Notes under the pieces: generated by a model
Database searches by the model: none
Told to the model about the DNA's origin: nothing
The model's input: the letters and a program-made list of their open reading frames with translations, nothing else
Virus record (IMG/VR): IMGVR_UViG_3300018080_008436
Span: 186,001 to 250,000 of that record
Length of the DNA: 64,000 nucleotides
Direction: 5' to 3' (one strand)
Made by a program: the position numbers and the translations under genes
Shown: in pieces, positions 17,921-28,500 of the stretch
Layout: every line of letters starts with the position of its first letter
Position numbering within the stretch: position 1 is the stretch's first letter

Positions 17921-19453
17921 TTACCAATTATCTCCTCTTTCCCAAGTGTAAGTAATGTTCCCAGGAGTAGTAAATGAACCAAATTGATTGTCGTTTATGC
18001 GATAGTCACTTTTACTTCCAAGTGGAGCATCCAAACCAACAGTAAAACTTCTGGTTGTAAATGTTTGAGTTGTTGCAGGTCCGAATCTCTGAGCAGAATA
18101 AATGTTCCCATCTCTTAGTTTAACAAGATTGAAGTATTGTTTAAACGTAAATGTCCCATTGTCATAAAGATTATATGATCTTTGAATCTCAAGATAACGT
18201 GGGGGATGATCTGAAACATTTCTCCATTCTTCTTTATATATAAAAGTAGAGAAAGGTGATGCAGGTGGAGTATATAAACTATATCCGCCTGAACTTGCAC
18301 AAACTCTTTTCTTAACACCATTGTCTGTAGGTAAATTCCAAGTCTCCCCACACCAATCTATCGTTTCTGTTGCGCCTGCATTTGAAACAGTAAGTATCAT
18401 ATCAGGTTCACTATTTGGGCAACTAACTGGCCCAGGAAGATCTCCTCCAGATTCACTTGAAGAACTCTCAGATGCAGAACTCTCAGATGCAGAACTCTCA
18501 GATTGGCTAGATGAACTTGAACTACGCGCTCCACATTCAAAACATGCAAAGCCAATAACATTTCTATAGCTTGCATTAGGGTTATTTTTATATCCTGTCC
18601 TATCTACAGAAACAACATTTGAGCTAATTCTTGATCCCCCAGTATCATTACATTTTTGATTTATGTATTCATCTATACTGTTCTCAACTGCGGCGATAGC
18701 TTCTTCTTCAGTTTCATATGTATTAGGACCAGCAGTAAATGGTCCCCATGAAGTTTGATATGTTGGAGTTTGATATGGAGCATCATTTTGATCACAAACA
18801 GTACATTCTGGAGTCATTGCCTCATAGAACTCTCTTGACTCTAATTGAGGTGCTCCTTGGCTACAAGGATTAATATAGAATATATTGTGCTGATCGACAA
18901 TATTATCAAATCCGCCAGTTCCAGTCCAGTTATCTAATATCCAAGTTTCAAGTGCCCAATCTTCTCCGACAGTCCCTCCCCTAAACAACTCTCCAATCTG
19001 CCAATAACATTCTTCTCCGTCTGCCAAAACAGGCCATGTCGCTGATGAATCTGAGAAATCGCAAGTATTCACGTCAAATCCAACAAACCAAATGCTGTAC
19101 GCTTCTTGTGAACTTTCTGACACTTCACTTTGTTGATCTCCATCTCCTGACTCAGATGACTCTGAAACTTCTGATTCTGATCCTGTTGAAAGAGAATTTG
19201 ACCATGAACTCATGGAGACGCTACTTCTGGATACACTAGATAATGAAGAAGAAACATTTCCTTCTGATTCTGAACTAGCTGAACTAGTTGAAGATGAACT
19301 TTCAATATCACATGCAAGACATGAATCAAATGTTCCTTCTATTTCAAATGGATATGTATTAACGGCTTCAGTCACTTCGCCTATGTAATTATAACAGATA
19401 CCATCTATTTTGACGGATACTCCTTGATATTCTTTAAAAACTTTCATCGCCAT
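17921..19453 (-). CDS. Ser-linker protein with shared N-terminal module
   Basis: MKVFKEYQGVSVKIDGICYNYIGE...SCLACDIESSSS; Cys-rich modules between Ser tracts. Confidence 0.8.
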   Translation of the reverse strand: MAMKVFKEYQGVSVKIDGICYNYIGEVTEAVNTYPFEIEGTFDSCLACDIESSSSTSSASSESEGNVSSSLSSVSRSSVSMSSWSNSLSTGSESEVSESSESGDGDQQSEVSESSQEAYSIWFVGFDVNTCDFSDSSATWPVLADGEECYWQIGELFRGGTVGEDWALETWILDNWTGTGGFDNIVDQHNIFYINPCSQGAPQLESREFYEAMTPECTVCDQNDAPYQTPTYQTSWGPFTAGPNTYETEEEAIAAVENSIDEYINQKCNDTGGSRISSNVVSVDRTGYKNNPNASYRNVIGFACFECGARSSSSSSQSESSASESSASESSSSESGGDLPGPVSCPNSEPDMILTVSNAGATETIDWCGETWNLPTDNGVKKRVCASSGGYSLYTPPASPFSTFIYKEEWRNVSDHPPRYLEIQRSYNLYDNGTFTFKQYFNLVKLRDGNIYSAQRFGPATTQTFTTRSFTVGLDAPLGSKSDYRINDNQFGSFTTPGNITYTWERGDNW

Positions 19454-19463
19454 AATTTACTCC

Positions 19464-22058
19464 TTAGCATCCCCATCCTGAGGTTCCGCCATCGCCTCTT
19501 GCCCAAGATATAGTTATTCCATCATTAGTCGTCACTTTCCCTCCAAACATGTTGTTGCCAATTGCTCCATCCAAAGTAAATAAAGAAGCTCTCCCAGAGT
19601 GAGTTGACATATTATTAGTATGATTTGTTGTTGTCTGAGTAGAAGTTCCCCCAGTAGTCTTAATTCTTCTAAACTCTGCTGTATGTCCATTGTATGAGTC
19701 GATGTATTTGGATACAAAAACACGTTGATATGCTTGTGTCGGATGATATTGTGTAGTTGAGCCATACCTACCCTGCAATTGGAGAGAGTCTTTACTATTT
19801 GACAAAGAGAATCCAGCCCACGACTCCTCAGAAATAATCGTTCCAGTTCCTCCTGTGGTACAATTATAGGAACCACAAATCTCTTTAGTTTCTCCATTTG
19901 TCCATTCGCATCCCATGAAAGTTTTAGTGCCTCCACCAGAGAATGTCAGGGTAACATTAACTTTGGGGTTATCTTCATTTGTTACATCACATGCTTCATC
20001 ACATCTTTCTAGTGCGGCTTGTGACTCTGAAGAGCTTGATGAACTTACATTACCTTCAGATTCGGATGACTCTGAAGATGATGATTCACTAACTGAACTA
20101 TCTGAGTATCCATCAGATGATTCTGAACTACTTGATGAGTTATCGTCTTGTTTCCAAATATAAGTGTCACCAGCGCCTCCCTTCTCCCAAGAAATAACAG
20201 TTCCATCATCAAGAGTGACAGACGCTTTCATAGCAGGCCATTGGACTTGGGGCAACAGCCTCATAAGAGTGGAGCTTGGAAAATCTGGTTGATTTTCCGT
20301 CATTCCATTATAGCCTTTACTTATCTGATACGAGTTTCTGACTACAGTTGGGTTGTCTGAAGGGAAGTGATTAATATGACTCAAATCAACATTATAGTTG
20401 CTGTCATAGAAAAACTTAATTCTTCCATCAAATCTATAGGTTGATGGAGAATTAATATACAAATCTCCCTTGAAATAGAAATCCTTACTGGCAGTATTCC
20501 AATATTCACCATTCGCATTAACACTATAAGAATCTGGGCAAATTGCTTTAGTTTCGCCGCTAGACCAGTCACAACCTAAGAATGTCTTTGTCCCGCCACC
20601 AGAGAATGTCATCGTTACGTTGATTCTTGGATAGTCAGAATTATTACTAACATCACAACGGCATTCTTCAACTTCTGAAGATGAAGATGAACTCACATTG
20701 CCTTCAGATTCAGATGACTCTGAAGAGCTATTAGAACTATCTGAATAACCTTCCGAACTGGAAGATTCTGAATAACCTTCAGAACTGGAGGAACTCGAAC
20801 TTTGTGGGTTGTCGTAAAAATATCCAGGAGTTGTTCCAGTACCAGCATTCCAGACATTTCCACTATTCAATGGATATACCTCATTTGCATCTCCATAAAA
20901 GGTCCATGAAGCAAGAGTATCAACTATTGATGTATGTATTGCCCAGTAATTATTACCACTATCTTCACCATAGAATAAATAAACCCCAGTACCATTTTGA
21001 TAAACTGGATATCCATTATGAGTTTGATCTGTCTTATTATATGCTCCATTGAAATTAGGAGGACGACCTTCCATTGCGCCGATATCCCATGCAGAACCTT
21101 GAGGTCTAGAAGTTCCAATAGCATCAGTACTAAATGATCCAATAGTTGTGCCAGCGTCCCTGATATCTCCTCCTATTTTAGGGACAACATTAGTTCCAGG
21201 ATTTTCAAAACAATTAGCCGCTGTCTTTTGGATAATATTGCCTGATCCCAACCAATCATCCGCTGTATCATCTGAAGAACAACAATAGGTTTGAGTGATG
21301 GTTTGGGTAACTGTCCCTGAAGTGAACGCACTAAAATCAAAAGATGGACCTATAGACACGTTGTTTGTGGAAGTAACCGTTGATGTGACTGTTCCCGTCC
21401 CGTAATTCAGGCACTGAAAATAAAAACCATAATTACAATCACCTGTATTATATATGGTGTTATTAAACAAGTTTGCTGTCAACGATGAATCATTTGTACT
21501 GGACCCAAAAGACTGAAGCCCGACACCTGCACCGTTTGCTGAACTTGATTCGTGGTATACAATACAATTCCTTATTGTAGCCGAAGTTGTGCTGTTAACA
21601 GAAGCCATGAAGAAGAAATTGTTGATATTAGTTATCGAATTTGATATTCTAGTCACACAACCATCTATAATGGCTCCAGTCAATGTGCTTCCAGTTTGGT
21701 GCTGAACCTGCACAAGGGTAGATACAGAACCCGAAAAATCCGCATTAATCCTAATCCCTTCCACTCTGGTATAACTTGTTCGAACACCTATACCCACTGA
21801 TGAGTTAACCACACTAATATAAGCCCCATTCAAAGATGTCGTACCATCATGCCGATGACCAGATGCCGCATAAATGCGAGGATAGAGGGAAACCGTTGGG
21901 GTCGCCGTCCAACTCTGCATGTCAATAATACCCATATCAAATCCAGAATAGCATTCAGCCCACTGATCAGCACTTGCTTGATCATCAGCCCAGTTTTCCC
22001 AAGCTTGCAAGGTACTAAAATCACCACCGCTACTTTTAATTGTTTTTACTGTTGCCAT
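19464..22058 (-). CDS. beta-helix-like protein with Ser linkers (putative tailspike/fibre)
   Basis: TIKSSGGDFSTLQAWE, RVEGIRI, IRNCIVY, LFNNTIYN, SRPQGSAWDIGAME; duplicated C-terminal module. Confidence 0.75.
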   Translation of the reverse strand: MATVKTIKSSGGDFSTLQAWENWADDQASADQWAECYSGFDMGIIDMQSWTATPTVSLYPRIYAASGHRHDGTTSLNGAYISVVNSSVGIGVRTSYTRVEGIRINADFSGSVSTLVQVQHQTGSTLTGAIIDGCVTRISNSITNINNFFFMASVNSTTSATIRNCIVYHESSSANGAGVGLQSFGSSTNDSSLTANLFNNTIYNTGDCNYGFYFQCLNYGTGTVTSTVTSTNNVSIGPSFDFSAFTSGTVTQTITQTYCCSSDDTADDWLGSGNIIQKTAANCFENPGTNVVPKIGGDIRDAGTTIGSFSTDAIGTSRPQGSAWDIGAMEGRPPNFNGAYNKTDQTHNGYPVYQNGTGVYLFYGEDSGNNYWAIHTSIVDTLASWTFYGDANEVYPLNSGNVWNAGTGTTPGYFYDNPQSSSSSSSEGYSESSSSEGYSDSSNSSSESSESEGNVSSSSSSEVEECRCDVSNNSDYPRINVTMTFSGGGTKTFLGCDWSSGETKAICPDSYSVNANGEYWNTASKDFYFKGDLYINSPSTYRFDGRIKFFYDSNYNVDLSHINHFPSDNPTVVRNSYQISKGYNGMTENQPDFPSSTLMRLLPQVQWPAMKASVTLDDGTVISWEKGGAGDTYIWKQDDNSSSSSESSDGYSDSSVSESSSSESSESEGNVSSSSSSESQAALERCDEACDVTNEDNPKVNVTLTFSGGGTKTFMGCEWTNGETKEICGSYNCTTGGTGTIISEESWAGFSLSNSKDSLQLQGRYGSTTQYHPTQAYQRVFVSKYIDSYNGHTAEFRRIKTTGGTSTQTTTNHTNNMSTHSGRASLFTLDGAIGNNMFGGKVTTNDGITISWARGDGGTSGWGC

Positions 22059-22070
22059 AAATTATCTCTT

Positions 22071-22553
22071 TTAACTAGATGAGCTACTTTCATCCTCCGT
22101 CATATCTGTCAAATTAAATGGATTTCCTGGTTGCTCTGCTGTTTTCTTCTTCCTCAAAACGGGAGTCTCTGTTTCTCTGTCATTCATAGCGCTCTCAGTC
22201 GTTCCTAGTAATCCTAGTGTGGCCACTGACATTAGGTCTCTTCTAAATCTATATTTAGAACGAGTTGTCATTACTGGACTTGACAATCCGTCAGATGATT
22301 CGGATTCTGAACCAGAATTTAAAACTTCATCATATTGGGCATATGGATAAACAGCAACTGGATGAGGTTCTCCTGCATCATATTTCGCTTGCAATTCGGC
22401 TTCCAAAACTTCATCCTCTATTGCTATTCTTAGAAAATATGCTTTTTCTAGATCACTCCAATCGCTATGATCTAATTTCACACAAATTATATCGTTCTGT
22501 TTTTTAATATTTTTATCTGTTGGTCTATTGTCAACTAATGCTATGAGTCCCAT
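22071..22553 (-). CDS. hypothetical protein, paralog of 47274-47675
   Basis: Shared M.LIALV.N...VKLD.S.W...E...F.RI...D..LE..L......GE.HP..VYPYA. Confidence 0.75.
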   Translation of the reverse strand: MGLIALVDNRPTDKNIKKQNDIICVKLDHSDWSDLEKAYFLRIAIEDEVLEAELQAKYDAGEPHPVAVYPYAQYDEVLNSGSESESSDGLSSPVMTTRSKYRFRRDLMSVATLGLLGTTESAMNDRETETPVLRKKKTAEQPGNPFNLTDMTEDESSSSS

Positions 22554-22567
22554 AATTTTACCTCTTT

Positions 22568-25500
22568 TTATTCCTCAAAACCATCTCCAAAATACTGCTC
22601 TGGGAATGCCTCTGAGCTACTTGATTCTGAATATTCTTCGGAACTACTACTTGATTCTGAATATTCTTCGGAACTACTACTTGATTCAGATTCTGAACTT
22701 GAACTTTCGCTTTCTGAACTACTTGATTCGCTTTCTGAACTACTTGATTCTGAATATTCTTCGGAACTACTACTTGATTCAGATTCTGAACTTGAACTTT
22801 CGCTTTCTGAACTGCTTGATTCGCTTTCTGAACTGCTTGATTCGCTTTCTGAACTTTCACTCTGGGATGAGGACGATTCAGACTGAGAACTACTGGACTC
22901 TGACTGAGATGATTCACTCTGGGAACTACTGGATTCTGATTTGGAACTACTGGATTCACTTTGAGATGATTCACTCTGGGAACTACTAGATTCTGACTGA
23001 GAACTATCACTCTGGGATGAGGACGATTCAGATTTGGAACTACTAGATTCTGACTGAGAACTATCACTCTGAGAACTACTAGATTCTGATTTGGAACTAC
23101 TAGATTCTGACTGAGAACTATCACTCTGAGAACTACTAGAACTTTCTGAATAACCTTCTGAACTAGTTGAAGAACTTTCTGAATATTGTTCAGAACTAGA
23201 ACTTGATTCATTTGGACAATCATATGGAGCAGTTGGAACATCAAAATTATCAGTCCAAACAGCTAAACCTTTAACAATTCTAACTTCATCTATATGACCA
23301 CCAAAATATGTTCCACCTCTGGTATAATATCCTATGTAAGATTGTTGGGTAAAATTAGTAAATGTACCTGAGTATGAGCCAGTTGATGTTTGAGCTACAC
23401 CATCAATATACAAGGTCTGCGTATTATTATCTGCATTATGAACAAACGCAATATGCGTCCATGTACTGGAAGAAATCGCACTATTACTCATAATTTCAAA
23501 ATCCCAAGATCCTCCAGTAAGATGACCAGCATACACAACTCCGTTCAATGCTACATAAACTGTGAATAAGTTGTTTGTATCTGTACGAAATTCTATAAGT
23601 CCTCCGCCAGCAGTATATCGTGCCCAACAATCAAACGTAAGGCTCCCAGATCCGATGTTCCAATCATCGCTGTCAGGAATTGATAGGTAATCAGAATTAC
23701 CATCTAACAAGAGACTTGCTCCACCAAATTTACTTTGAGCAGTATCAACTTGAGCAGTGCCATTTGCCGTAACAACATGTTTACTGTCAGATTCATCTGG
23801 GAAGTTAGTTGATCCATCCTCTCCGTCGCAGTGAAGAAGAAGTTTTGTATTCAAGCAAACTTGTTCAGTTGACTCAGATGAACTTTCTGAGTAACCTAAC
23901 GAAGACGAACTAGAACTCTCTGAATAACCTTCTGAACTACTACTTGATTCTGAACTTGAACTTTCGCTTTCTGAACTGCTTGATTCGCTTTCTGAACTGC
24001 TTGATTCGCTTTCTGAACTGCTTGATTCGCTTTGTGAACTGCTTGATTCGCTTTGTGAACTATTTGACTGAGAGCTACTTGACTCTGATTGAGATGACTC
24101 ACTCTGAGAACTAATACTTTCAGTAAAAAGATCACAAGGAAGATAGATGTGATTTATATTCTCAGTTGAACTACTTGAGCTTTCTGATTTGGAACTACTT
24201 GATTCAGAGTAATTTTCTGAAGAACTTGAACTTCCTGAGCTTTCAGATTGAGAACTTTCAGATTGGGACGACTCTGATTGAGAACTTGAACTTTCAGATG
24301 AACTACTGGATTGTGACGACTCAGATTGCGAAGAAGAACTTTCAGATTGCGAAGAAGAACTCTCTGAGAATCCTTCAGATGAACTACTGGATTGTGACGA
24401 CTCAGACTGCGAAGAGGAACTTTCAGATTGCGAAGAAGAACTCTCTGAGAATCCTTCAGATGAACTACTGGATTGTGACGACTCAGACTGCGAAGAGGAA
24501 CTTTCAGACTGCGAAGAAGACGATTCTGATTGACTACTTTCTGAATACCCACCTGAACTACTAGACTCTGATTGTGATGACTCTGATTGTGATGACTCTG
24601 AGCTAATACTCTCAGTAAACAAGTCACACTCTCTATACCTATGTCGAACATTCTCGGTTGAACTACTGGATGAGTTACTACTAGAGGATTCACTACTAGA
24701 GGATTCACTACTTATGCTTTCAGTAAACAATTCGCAAGGAAGATAGCCGAAGTGAACATTCTCAGTTGAGCTACTTGAAGACTCACTTGATTCGGATTGA
24801 GATGATTCACTTTGAGATGAAGACGACTCAGATTCAGATTTTGATGATTCACTCTGAGAACTGTCTGATTGTGATGAACTGGATTCAGATTTTGATGATT
24901 CACTCTGACTACTTGAGCTTTCTGACTTACTGGATTCTGATTGACTACTGTCAGACTGCGAACTGTCTGATTGACTACTGTCAGACTGCGAACTTGAGGA
25001 CTCAGATTTTGACGATTCACTTTGAGATGATTCAGAATAAGAACTTATACTTTCAGTAAACAAATCACATGGAGCGTACTCATGATTTACATTCTCAGTG
25101 GAAGAACTGCTTGAACTCTCTGATTGAGAACTCTCACTTTGACTAGAAGATGATTCTGATTGAGAGGAGCTTGATTCTGAATAATTCTCAGAACTTGTGC
25201 TTGAACTCTCAGAATAACCTTCACTTGAAGTCGATGAACTTGAATCCTTGGAAGAACTTGAACTTGAATCCTTGGAAGAACTTGAAGAACTTACAGGACA
25301 AACTCCAGGCTCTAACGTTGGCGCAGGAGATGTTCCTGTATTTACAAACCATTCCAATGAACTTGGTGATACCCATGGTGCTGTTACGGCTGTATCGTAT
25401 ACAGATACTCCATCTAAGATATCAGACATCGTCCATTTACTTGAATCTGAAAAATATAAAAACCTAGATCCGTTGTAATAATATGTTGTATCATTATGTA

Positions 25501-28500
25501 CTCCAGCACTCAAATAATTCCCATTATAGCTCCCATCTCCCGCCAATTCTGCACAATATCTAATTGCCAAATCTTCGCTAGATATTGAGCTTGTACTGGA
25601 TGACTCAGAATAATTCTCTGATGAACTTGACTCAGATTGAGAGGAACTTGATTCTGATTGAGATGATTCAGATTGAGAACTACTTGATTCACTTTGAGAC
25701 GAAGAGCTTTCGGATTGACTACTTGATGATTCAGACTGAGATGATTCAGACTGAGATGAAGATGATTCAGACTGAGAAGAACTTGACTCACTTTGTGATG
25801 ACTCAGATTGAGAACTTTCAGATTGACTACTATCTGATTGTGATGAGCTTGACTCAGATTGAGATGAAGAACTCTCAGACTGAGAGCTTATACTCTCTGT
25901 AAATAAATCACATTCTGCATACTCAAAATTGACATTCTCAGTTGAAGAACTGCTTGAATCACTTTGAGAGCTACTGGATTCAGAATAATTTTCAGAAGAG
26001 CTACTGGATTCGCTTTTTGAGCTTGAAGATTCTGACTGAGATGAAGAACTTTCAGAATAATTTTCAGAAGAACTACTGGATTCGCTTTGCGAACTTTCTG
26101 ATTGAGATGACTCACTCTGAGATGATTCTGATTGAGAACTACTTGACTCAGAATAATTTTCTGATGAACTCGAACTTCTTGAGCTTTCGCTTTGCGAACT
26201 ATCTGATTGTGATGAACTTGACTCAGATTGAGATGAAGAACTCTCAGACTGAGAACTTATACTCTCTGTAAATAAATCACATTCTGCATACTCAAAATTG
26301 ACATTCTCAGTTGAAGAACTGCTTGAATCACTTTGAGAGCTACTGGATTCAGAATAATTTTCAGAAGAACTACTGGATTCGCTTTGTGAGCTTGAAGATT
26401 CTGACTGAGATGAAGAACTTTCAGAATAATTTTCAGAAGAACTACTGGATTCGCTTTGCGAACTTTCTGATTGAGACGACTCACTCTGAGATGATTCTGA
26501 TTGAGAACTACTTGACTCAGAATAATTTTCTGATGAACTCGAACTTCTTGAGCTTTCGCTTTGCGAACTATCTGATTGTGATGAGCTTGACTCAGATTGA
26601 GATGAAGAACTCTCAGACTGAGAACTTATACTCTCTGTAAAAAGCGCACACTCTTCATATACATAATTAATGTTCTCAGTTGAACTACTAGACGATTCTG
26701 ATTGACTACTACTTGACTCCGATTGAGAACTACTCGACTCCGATTGAGAACTACTTGATTCTGATTGAGATGAAGAACTCTCAGAATAGTTTTCTGAAGA
26801 ACTTGACGATTCAGATTGGCTACTGCTTGATTCACTCTGAGATGAAGACGATTCAGATTGAGACGATTCACTCTGAGATGAGGATGATTCAGATTTGGAA
26901 CTACTTGATTCTGATTGAGATGATTCACTCTGAGATGACTCTGATTTACTGCTACTTGATTCACTTTCAGATTGAGAACTCTCGGACAAAGATGAACTTG
27001 ACTCGCTTTGAGAACTTTCACTCTGAGAGCTACTGGACTCGCTTTGAGATGAGCTTGATTCAGACTGAGAACTTTCAGATTGAGAACTAGAGCTTTCTGA
27101 TTGGCTACTGGAACTTTCAGATTGAGATGAACTCGATTCAGATTGAGATGATTCACTTTGGCTACTTTCGCTTTGTGAACTGCTTGATTCTGATTGACTA
27201 CTTGAACTCTCTGATTGAGATGACTCACTCTGAGAACTAATACTCTCGGTAAATAAATCACAAAGTGCGTACTCAAAATTAACATTCTCAGTTGAACTAC
27301 TTGAACTTTCACTTTTTGAACTAGAGCTTTCGGAGACTGAGCTTTCGGAGACTGAGCTTTCAGAATAATTCTCAGAACTTGTACTTGACGATTCTGAATA
27401 ATTTTCACTTGAAGTCGATGAACTTTCAGAACTCGCAGAATAAACTTCGCTTGAAGTCGATGAACTTGAATCCTTGGAAGAACTTGAACTTGAATCCTTG
27501 GAAGAACTTGAAGAACTTACAGGACAAACTCCAGGTTCTAGTGTTGGAGCAGGAGGAGTCCCAGAAATTACAAACCATTCCAATGAACTCGGTGACACCC
27601 ATGGTTCTGTTGAGGCCGTATTATATGCAGAAGTACCTCCTAGAACATCAGACATTACCCATTTACTTGAATCTGAGAAATATAAGAACCTAGATCCGTT
27701 GTAATAATATGTTGTATCATTATGTACTCCAGCTATCTGGTAATTTCCATTAAATGATATGTCTCCAGCAAGCTCAACACAAATAGTTCCTGGCAGATTC
27801 CCACTAGAAATTGAAGAACTTGAAGAAAACTGCTCTGAACTACTTGAACTTCCTGATGACTCAGAACTATTTGAATATTGTTCTGATGAACTACTTGATT
27901 CAGATTTGGAACTAGACGATTCTGATTGAGATGAGGAACTTTCTGACTGGGATGATTCTGACTGTGAAGACTCGCTCTGAGAACTGCTGGATTCACTTTG
28001 GCTACTAGAACTTTCACTCTGGGAACTGCTAGATTCTGATTGGCTACTGTCAGACTGGGAGCTTTCGCTTTGAGAACTTTCAGATTGCGAACTAGAAGAT
28101 TCACTGTCACTCTGGGACGAATCGCTCTTTGAACTACTAGATTCGCTTTGAGATGATTCGCTTTGAGATGATTCGCTTTGAGATGATTCAGATTGGGAAC
28201 TCTCACTTTGACTAGATGATGATTCAGATTTACTACTGCTTGATTCAGACTGGGAACTTTCTGACTGACTGCTACTCGATTCACTCTGAGAGGAGGAACT
28301 TTCTGACTGAGAACTCTCGGATTGAGACGACTGAGAAGATTCTGATTGAGAGCTTGAGCTTTCTGACTGGGAGCTATCACTTTGGCTACTGCTACTCTCT
28401 GACTGAGAAGATTCAGATTGTGAACTACTTGATTCAGATTGTGAACTACTTGATTCAGATTGTGAACTGCTACTCTCTGACTGAGATGATGAGCTTTCTG